Positions 56,524 through 64,000 of a stretch of DNA of 64,000 nucleotides are shown here, in pieces. The position numbers and the translations under genes were made by a program. Source of the DNA: a virus; IMG/VR virus record IMGVR_UViG_3300035698_022898, positions 22,235-86,234 of that record. The stretch is one strand, 5' to 3'. How positions within the stretch are numbered: the stretch's first letter is position 1; every line of letters begins with the position of its first letter. The notes under the pieces were generated by a model. It saw only the letters and a list, made by a program, of their open reading frames with translations. It did no database searches and was not told where the DNA came from.

Positions 56524-59435
56524 CTACATGATTGCAGACATGTCCTGGTGACAAGTCACAATGCATCCGCAATTGGCACACAGGAAGAGAGTTTCTCCCG
56601 GAAAGCCATCTGCGGAGATCAATTTCCGGCACTGACAAGAGGGGCAAGTGTACCGAATGCGGGTATAAGCTTTCTCGAAAGCCCAGAGATTCAATCCGGT
56701 AATGTTTTGGAATTCCTGTTCAGCTTCTTTGAAATCCATGTAATCGGTTCTTACGCCGGCAAAGTTAACCCAGATTGCCAATCCGGCGTGTATAGTGGCT
56801 TCCGCACCGTTTTCAACCAGTGTGTACTCTCCGTACCCATAAGGATCGTGCCTGGGACCCTCAGTTCCTGTCTTACGATATAATCTTCTCTCGTCTAGCA
56901 TAGCGTCCTCCTTATTGGTTGATTAGAGACAACGATCACTCGCTGTCTCTATCAATCAGGAGTTACACAGTTAAGTGATGCTTTACGGGGTATATGTTTC
57001 ACCCATAATCTTACCAGTTTCGATAGCATCTACCATGTCCGACGTAAAGTAGACACCTGAATCTTGCATGTGCCCGTTTACGATAGGAACACAACGATAC
57101 TCGTTCCAATTTGCGTCATGAACTACACGGATAACACCGTCTCCTTTCATCATCGGATACTCTGCAATTTTTCTCATTAGTCGGCAGCCTCCATCGGAAA
57201 GACTTTCAGTCCCGAAAAGCGGGGCTCTTCCCAATTCAACACGGACGCCTTCACGGGAGCAGACATATTGATTTGGTTGGCGATGTTAATCAGTTCTTTA
57301 TCCGTAGTCCGATGCATGTACAGCAGAACAGTACAGTATCCAAACATGTCCCGCTCTGTGATTGACATGGACTTCATGATTGGATTGAAGTCCGTCTTGA
57401 ACAACTTGTGGAACTCTTCGTTGTCCCTGGGCCGTCCCATCATAATGATTTGAATCACACCTTTACTCATAGCGTCCTCCATTTGGGTTAGTCATTAATC
57501 AGAGCGGCGAGTATTGTACGGGGTGGTTTCTACTCGCTTATGACTCGCCGCCCTGTTAATACCTAATCGTGGATAGTAAGTTCGATCAGTTTGTCATGCG
57601 GGATAACGTCTTTGAAAAAGTCGGTCGCAACGATGTAACGTCGGCCGATGTGGTCGATGCAGGCAATGTGTGTATAACCAGCCCAGGCACCTGCTTTTCC
57701 ACCTGGGGTAAGCAGTCTGTGGTGACCTTGATTGTTTCTCTCCCACTTAAAATCCTTCCCCAGTTTCTTGGTTCCTGTGATAAACTTAGGCATTTTTCGT
57801 CCTCCCATATGGGTTTTTGTGCATTTGATTAGTAAATGACGATTCGGCTTATGGAAATGGTAAAGAGACAAACTTTGCTTCTTGGGGCTGTGGGGTAATC
57901 TATCAGGATTTCTGTCACATCCTTCCTGCCCAACAGCTCCATCACAGTACCTATAAGCATACTTGCTTGGTTGATGCCGGTGTGATGCTTTGTGGTCCCA
58001 GAATCAGTACTCCGTATCGAAGTAATATCTAGGGGAAGTGTGTCAGTATCACACAAATGATGTGATCTGCCGGTGATTAGCTCAGTGAGTAAAGCCATGT
58101 CGAGCCCTTTCTCAGTATTCCGACAGAAGGACTCTGTGTTGCACCAGCTACTTGATACTTTGAGTGCTTTCATCACATGCTCCTAAGCGGCGGGGATTGC
58201 TTCCCCGTTTTGGGTGGTCATGCTGCCGTCGGGGTAGACATAGTAATCAGGCTCAAACGGACATTCCTCAGACCAATCCTCAACCCTTGCTCTGAAAGAA
58301 TCTCCCTCATACTTCAATTCTAACGCTTGAAGAGCAAGAGCAGTGGCGCCGACGCTACTGAAATCGTCCCTGGTGAAGTCTCCCCACCAACAGGGAGTCT
58401 TTTCATTCCTGACCTGTATGATGATCTGATACTTTTTCACGGCGTCCTCCATTTGGGTTGTTGTATCAATTGAAGCAACGAGCGGACTCGCTGCTTCTCA
58501 GATACTAATTCGGATTGATGTTGGTCAGATCGTCTACCTGGACATTGCGCTGTCTGTTGTAACGGACTTGGACAGTGGTGTAGCCGCCTTCAATCAGATT
58601 GGAACGGTTGCAAGGCTTTCCATCCCAAGGTGACATAATGTCACAAAGGATGAAATCCTTGTTGGCGTGGAAGGCTGCCAAAGCATCGGCCTTGTTCTTA
58701 TAGTCTCTACCGTAAGCTGGAACAACACTACATCCTCTCGACATGACGTCCTCCTTCAGTTTCCACTACTATACTGTCTTCCAGGTTAGGGAGTCAAGGC
58801 AATAATGCTGCATCCGAAATTGTTACCGTGTACCCGTTATGTTCCCAGCAACTCTTAACGATCTTTGCTGCTCGCATAGTGGCACAGTTGGTGGCTACCT
58901 TTAAACCATCTTTCTCACCAGCAATGTGAACACTACTCATAGAATCTTCTTCTGGGGGGCAACTCTTATCATGCATTAGCTTTTCCCTTGTTAATCGCAA
59001 TTTGGTTTTCGTGTACTACCATCTCCAAGGGGAGCTCACATCCTCCGTCATTGTGATCGGTGATTGCGCCGTCGGGGTAGATATAAAAGTCTTGAATCGG
59101 TATCAGCGTAGTCGTCCAATCCTCCACCTTTGCTCTCCAGAAATCTTCTTCAAAGTCGTCAGAGAGTTGATTCAATTTATCAAGTGTTACCTCCATACCT
59201 AACCAGTCCATCAAATCGTAATTAACGTATCCTAAATTACGATTAGGGTTTCTGACCTGGATAACAACCTGCCAAGTTCTCATCAGCTTCTCCTTTTGGC
59301 GTTTTTGCAGCATTTATCTGAACCTCGCATAAACTCTTTCCTCTCCATACAGTAATAGTCGTATGAGGTTTGGAAAGCGCAAGGAGCAGGTAAACTCTTG
59401 GTACATTCGCTGCACCTTTCGGGCTTCTTACTCAT
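56524..59435 (-). other. Early operon of small hypothetical genes (56524-56901, 56983-57177, 57177-57470, 57563-57808, 57829-58176, 58183-58440, 58505-58744, 58794-58976, 58969-59283, 59283-59435)
   Basis: Strong SD motifs (GGAGGACG four times), stop/start overlaps and intergenic hairpins. Confidence 0.65.
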
Positions 59436-59493
59436 AGCATACTCCCTGGGGTTAAAGTTTTCTCTTGAACCTATACCTTCAGCGTACAGCACT

Positions 59494-59522
59494 ACTATAA
59501 TGACACCCGCTGAGTTTGTCAA
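59494..59522 (-). promoter_or_regulatory. Near-consensus sigma70 early promoter
   Basis: TTGACA-17-TATAGT. Confidence 0.82.
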
Positions 59523-60566
59523 GATAATAATAGCAGATGTCCGAAAGAATTACCAGGAACATGCTGTTCTCCCAAAATAAGAGGTGTATGAAAGGCAGCA
59601 CAGAATACTGGAGAGTCAACGTGGGACATCGCCTACCAGCATCCATGATCTATTTCTCTCAATCTAATCAATAGAGTAGATTTTCTCGTATTTTCTCACG
59701 ACCTCCTATCAGCCAACCCCAACAGCAAAAGGGAAGAGGTAAACTCTAGGAACAATCCTAAAAGTTACAAACTATCACCCAACCATAAAGAAGCAGTAAA
59801 GACTGAAAACAACTTATTTGGTATGAACGCACTAATCAACCATGAAAAACAATAAAAAGCAAGTAGTAAAGTGAGTACTAATGGTAGATAGGATACTGTC
59901 AAGAGACTAATTGTAGTAGAATAGATAATAATTAAATGTATCTAATCAGTTAATAGATAATAGTAGATAAGTAATCGAATCAAGTAATCTAAAAATGTAT
60001 ATATCAGAATCAATCCTAAAATGTTTTTGTAGTAAGTGGAGAAGTAGTAGAGTAGATAAAAGAGTAGCAATCATTATCTGTCAGAGGTGTTTGTTAAATG
60101 AGGATGGAATTGGGGAGGAGAATCTGTTTGAGGAGTTTATAGGGGAAATTGGGTGGTGGTGGTGGTGGATTGACGCAGAGCTCATTTATGGAGGAGCGGC
60201 TGTATATGTCCGAGAATAAAACACCAAACCCCAACCATTGAGGCTATAGGAGTGGATGATGGTGTGGGTTGAGTTGGCGGTGGGGAAACCTATTGTGAGA
60301 CCGCTCAATATCAGACCGCCGTGGATATGGGTATCAGACCCACTCACGCCAATAAAAATAGGACGGCTTGGCACCGCCCTTGGTATACGTCCATCTGTCC
60401 TGGCACATAACGAACGTCCTGTACCATTATAGACCATCCTTGGTAAGCGTCCACCCATACCCAAACCTGGTGATTGCGTAACGAATGTACGCACTCTTAT
60501 AGACCAGGACAAGGACGTGTTCATCCACACCCAAATCAGGCGGTTGCTTCCCACTTTCAATCAGCC

Positions 60567-60595
60567 AAAAAAAAGGGGACCGAAGTCCCCTTTTT
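60567..60595. terminator. Bidirectional intrinsic terminator
   Basis: A8-GGGGAC-CGAA-GTCCCC-T5 (UUCG loop on the minus strand). Confidence 0.85.
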
Positions 60596-60598
60596 CAC

Positions 60599-60775
60599 CT
60601 ACCCGCGCTTTGCCCACCAACTTGCAAAACCTGCAATCGCCAATGTTGACATTCCCAAGACAAGCAAAAAAACGAAAAGCTCACCCAAGTACCCAAACTC
60701 GCCGCCGTAAAGGGCCCCGTAAACGTCTGCAAAAAACTGGGAGATAGCCTCGCTTGACTGCGGAAAAAACGGCAT
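60599..60775 (-). CDS. Small membrane protein
   Basis: GAGGTG RBS before ATG 60775; TM segment LFVFLLVLGMSTLAIAGFASWW; ends at the terminator. Confidence 0.6.
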   Translation of the reverse strand: MPFFPQSSEAISQFFADVYGALYGGEFGYLGELFVFLLVLGMSTLAIAGFASWWAKRG

Positions 60776-60799
60776 ACGCACCTCGCTGGTTAGTGGTGT

Positions 60800-61441
60800 G
60801 AGGGACGCTTTCTGCACTCGCTGCCATTAGGGTTATTTTACACTGTTACTTTTTGCTGGTACAGAGGTTCAGCTATGCTGCGGTAGCGTGCAACTTGCCG
60901 TCTTTTTCAAAGACAACATACTTATGAGTCTTGAGGTCGTAGGCACAACCCGAAATCGCTTTGTCGTTTGCTTTGTCGCTGTCGGCGTATTTGGGGCATT
61001 GCGCGGCGACTGCGGCAAGTATGTCTTTGCGGGTATACATTCCCGCTTTTAACATTGACATAATGACGGCGCGTCGGGATACTGCTTTCGGGCCGCTGCT
61101 TTTCTTGTTTTCTTGCTTCTTTTCGGTGCGAGCTTGCTTTGCTTGCTGAGCGCGGGCTTGTTGCTTTGCGTATGCCTCTCTGACAAGCTTTTCTTTTTCG
61201 GCGCGTTTTACTTCTTCGGGTCGAAAGTCGAGGTCAAAGGTGCAGTCAGTAACAAAGTCAGACAGTCTCGCGGCGTATTTTTGAAGCATTGCAGAAAGCT
61301 TGCTATGAGCAGTGGCAGACTCGTTGGTGTTGTCATTATTGACACAATGCTGGTAATAGTCATTGATACGCTTAAGTTCTTTCGCTTTCATGGGGATCTC
61401 CCTTTCGCTTTTAATGACAGCGAGTGCAGAAAGCGTCCCTC
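60800..61441. repeat. 30-bp inverted repeats (29/30) enclosing the gene at 60873-61391
   Basis: gagggacgctttctgcactcgctgccatta (60800-29) / taatgacagcgagtgcagaaagcgtccctc (61412-41). Confidence 0.92.
60873..61391 (-). CDS. Basic putative DNA-binding protein, paralogue of 52027-52575
   Basis: AGGGAG RBS; SRRAVIMSML..G.YT...NDKAISG...DLK. Confidence 0.7.
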   Translation of the reverse strand: MKAKELKRINDYYQHCVNNDNTNESATAHSKLSAMLQKYAARLSDFVTDCTFDLDFRPEEVKRAEKEKLVREAYAKQQARAQQAKQARTEKKQENKKSSGPKAVSRRAVIMSMLKAGMYTRKDILAAVAAQCPKYADSDKANDKAISGCAYDLKTHKYVVFEKDGKLHATAA

Positions 61442-62200
61442 TATTTAATTGTCAAATAACAAGTTACAGTGACACACTACGCTTCTCAGAGCTTTTGTAT
61501 ATAGGCCTAAACATGCGAGTTAATTGACTATTCATTGTACTAAATAATAAACACAACAAACACGACGGCTTACAGATAAAAATAAATTGCAAATAATTTG
61601 TACATCTCCTATCTACTTGAAATAACACAACAAAGCACAACCCCTGCACTACGAGCATACGCTGTCAGAAGACTACGCATCACTGCCTATTCAGCGTTCT
61701 GTGCTGCCTCTCTTGCACGTTGCCTAGCAAGGCAGACAAGTATACGTTTCTTCATTTTAAAACGCTGGAGATGTGCGGCTTTCTATTGGCTCCCTTCAGC
61801 CTTTGTCTGGGCATCTTCTTCCCCAGCTTCCCCTTGTGTCATCAGCTGATGTGTTGCTGGTGTGTCAGGTGTGTGGAGCATCAGCTGGGCATCTGGCTAA
61901 CCTATTAGGTGTGTCTGGTACTATACAGCACCAGCTTACCAGTGCGCTCCACGTGTCCATCTACTACCTCATAGAGTATCAGCATGTGGTGTGTCGGCGA
62001 GTCTATCCGTGTGGGGGGCTATGTGGTATGCTATCCTAATCAGTGCACCAGCCTATGCCTACGTATCAGTGCGTAGATGCTATGTGTTGGGGGATATAGA
62101 TGGTGGAGACCCGACCCCTCGGTTTCCCTTCTGTAGGGGTGGGTGTATGCTGTAGCGGGGTACCCACCACAATTTTTTTTGTCAATTTTCAGAGGTAGAA

Positions 62201-62262
62201 AGGGGACTCTGGTCAATAGTTAGTCGCGCACGTATCACCACCAACCACAACCAGAGTCCCCT
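62201..62262. repeat. Perfect 13-bp inverted repeat
   Basis: aggggactctggt (62201-13) / accagagtcccct (62250-62). Confidence 0.8.
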
Positions 62263-62285
62263 AACGATTGCAGATACTTGAGGAT

Positions 62286-63994
62286 CTACACGCCATCAAA
62301 AACGAAAGAAGCACCAAAATCAAACAATACCAAATATTTGAATCCGTGTCGCGTGTACGGCTTAGCTTGTAAAAAAGGAATGAGCGTTTCTTGCAATCGT
62401 TCAAGTGTGATGCTTTCTATTAGAGGAGGCACAGGATTAAACCAATCCAACATAGTAAAGTGTACTGTGATTCCTCCCATGAAACAAAAGTCATCCGAAA
62501 AAGAAGAAGGCAACTCAAACACTCGACAAAAATTGTTTCCTTCATGAACTACATATTCCACAATCAACCTCCTGTTACAGATTTTACGATACCGGACCCC
62601 CTGTTATTCAAAGACACCCTGGACAAAGTTTTCCTGTAGCTTGCTGCTCTAACACAAGACGGACAGTAATGCGTATGTGGTTTGCCCTTCACTGTTACCC
62701 AACCAATCACACCTGCGTCACGCTCCGCGCGATAAAGTGTTTTGGCTCCGTCTACAGTCTCGGCCTGCCCACAATAGTCACACTCTAATATTATAGCTGG
62801 ATAGTAACTCATCTTGGACCTTTATAAGACATTAAACCACATCCATATCCATTCCACAAACCACATTCTGATGCTAGACAGCGGGACGATGGAGGATTTG
62901 GAACATCCGAAGTTCTGTTTACACTTGCCATACTTATGCCGGTTACAGAACCCAAGGTTGTAACCTGGACTGTAGATTTTACTCTAGAGAACGGACACCA
63001 CTTTGTTTTGGCTTCATCTTCGGTCATCTTCGGTCATCTTAGTCTCCTATTGGACATGTCCGGCGTTTTCTTCCTTTTAGGTGCAGAACTTCTCTGCGAG
63101 CTTGCCGTAAACGCTTGAGCAAATCCGGAACACTTCTGATTGACCATACTAAAAATTCGGACAGTTTTGAAGGAAGATCGGAGTAGACATCCTCATCTAT
63201 GATAAGATGTACTCCAAAACCATTCTTACCCAGATGTACTTCATACTCCTTGATTTCTTTCAAAGCACAATCAACCTGTTTTAATGTCTGTAGATTGGTC
63301 TTCCGCTTTTTTGGGGTACGTCTTTTCTTTTTGATCATTTCCTACCACCCTATTGATTTGCTGGCAGCAACATGACCCGCATTACCGACGGCTTTTCGTT
63401 TCTCTGCCAGTACCTTAGAATAATACTTTCCTGAATCCCCGTGGAATATACTATCCCCAGCTGGAGCTTTTCTCCAACGTTCTAATAATGTTGAGTAAGA
63501 AGATTCATCTATCCATTTTTTTTCTTGGGCATTCATTTTCCTTCCTCCAGTTCTTTGTCGAGGGCTACACGGGCGCGATTGCCGTAGTCAAAAAAGATTT
63601 CGGCTATCCCAACCCCTTCAGGTTTTTGCCACTTGTCCAAATCCCCATAGAACTCCAGTGCAACCCGTAGCGCATCCCGCTCCTTCTCGGCGGCTTCGGC
63701 GCGATCACGCTCTAACCGTAGACCATCCCTCATTTCCTTACGGCCATTGACCGCGCTCTTGTACATACCCTCTAGCTGATCGGCCAGTGCCTCGGCTGCT
63801 TCTCTTAACTGTTTTTCCTCTTCCCAGTATGTTTCCCACTCTTGTACCCGTTGCTTATAATCTTCAAGCACTGTCACTGGATCATAGATTTCAAATGCAT
63901 TATTATACCGCTCCACCTCGCCGCCCTTGAGCGCGTTCGCTATCCACCAGTCAGGCATAAATGAGCAGAAGCGTTTCATGGGGTCTCTCCGCAC
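62286..63994 (-). other. Operon of small hypothetical genes (62286-62567, 62564-62812, 62809-63027, 63039-63338, 63342-63536, 63533-63994)
   Basis: 4-nt stop/start overlaps and SD motifs; CxxC motifs; coiled coil in the last ORF, which may start beyond the window. Confidence 0.65.
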
Positions 63995-64000
63995 TCCGGA

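Noticed and set aside
1-64000. tRNA genes, integrase or alternative genetic code
   Set aside because: No cloverleaf or recombinase motifs were recognised by eye, and genes are intact under code 11 using all three stop codons.

Overview
The window is 64 kb of a large tailed dsDNA phage genome; no host genes, rRNA, tRNA or integrase were recognised. 1-17.7 kb (+) is a lambda-like long-tail module (tape measure, M/L/K/I-J-like tip, duplicated fibres, a Kelch-like and an HxH fibre) plus lysis genes. 17.7-50 kb (-) is a replication/recombination block: split SbcC plus SbcD, ligase, RuvC, 5'-exonuclease, RecA, SSB, clamp loader, UDG-PolA, clamp, helicase, initiator, primase. 50-64 kb (-) holds small early-type genes with sigma70-like promoters and non-coding DNA. 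Three things stand out. (1) A 16-unit, ~36-nt dual-repeat array (47203-47783) lies directly upstream of a nuclease-less Nop/IS110-like gene. This matches a TIGR-TasA RNA-guided system, a class that has been described recently. (2) A 7-deazaguanine DNA-modification cluster (QueD, QueE, FolE, DpdL-like, DpdA-like; no QueC in the window) is coupled to a radical SAM enzyme and a glycosyltransferase. The DpdA looks N-terminally truncated and three small paralogous ORFs may supply the missing part. (3) Several RNA-structure elements, including a 30-bp inverted repeat enclosing a whole gene and a possible orphan tigRNA-like unit. All calls come from reading motifs by eye; no database searches were run.
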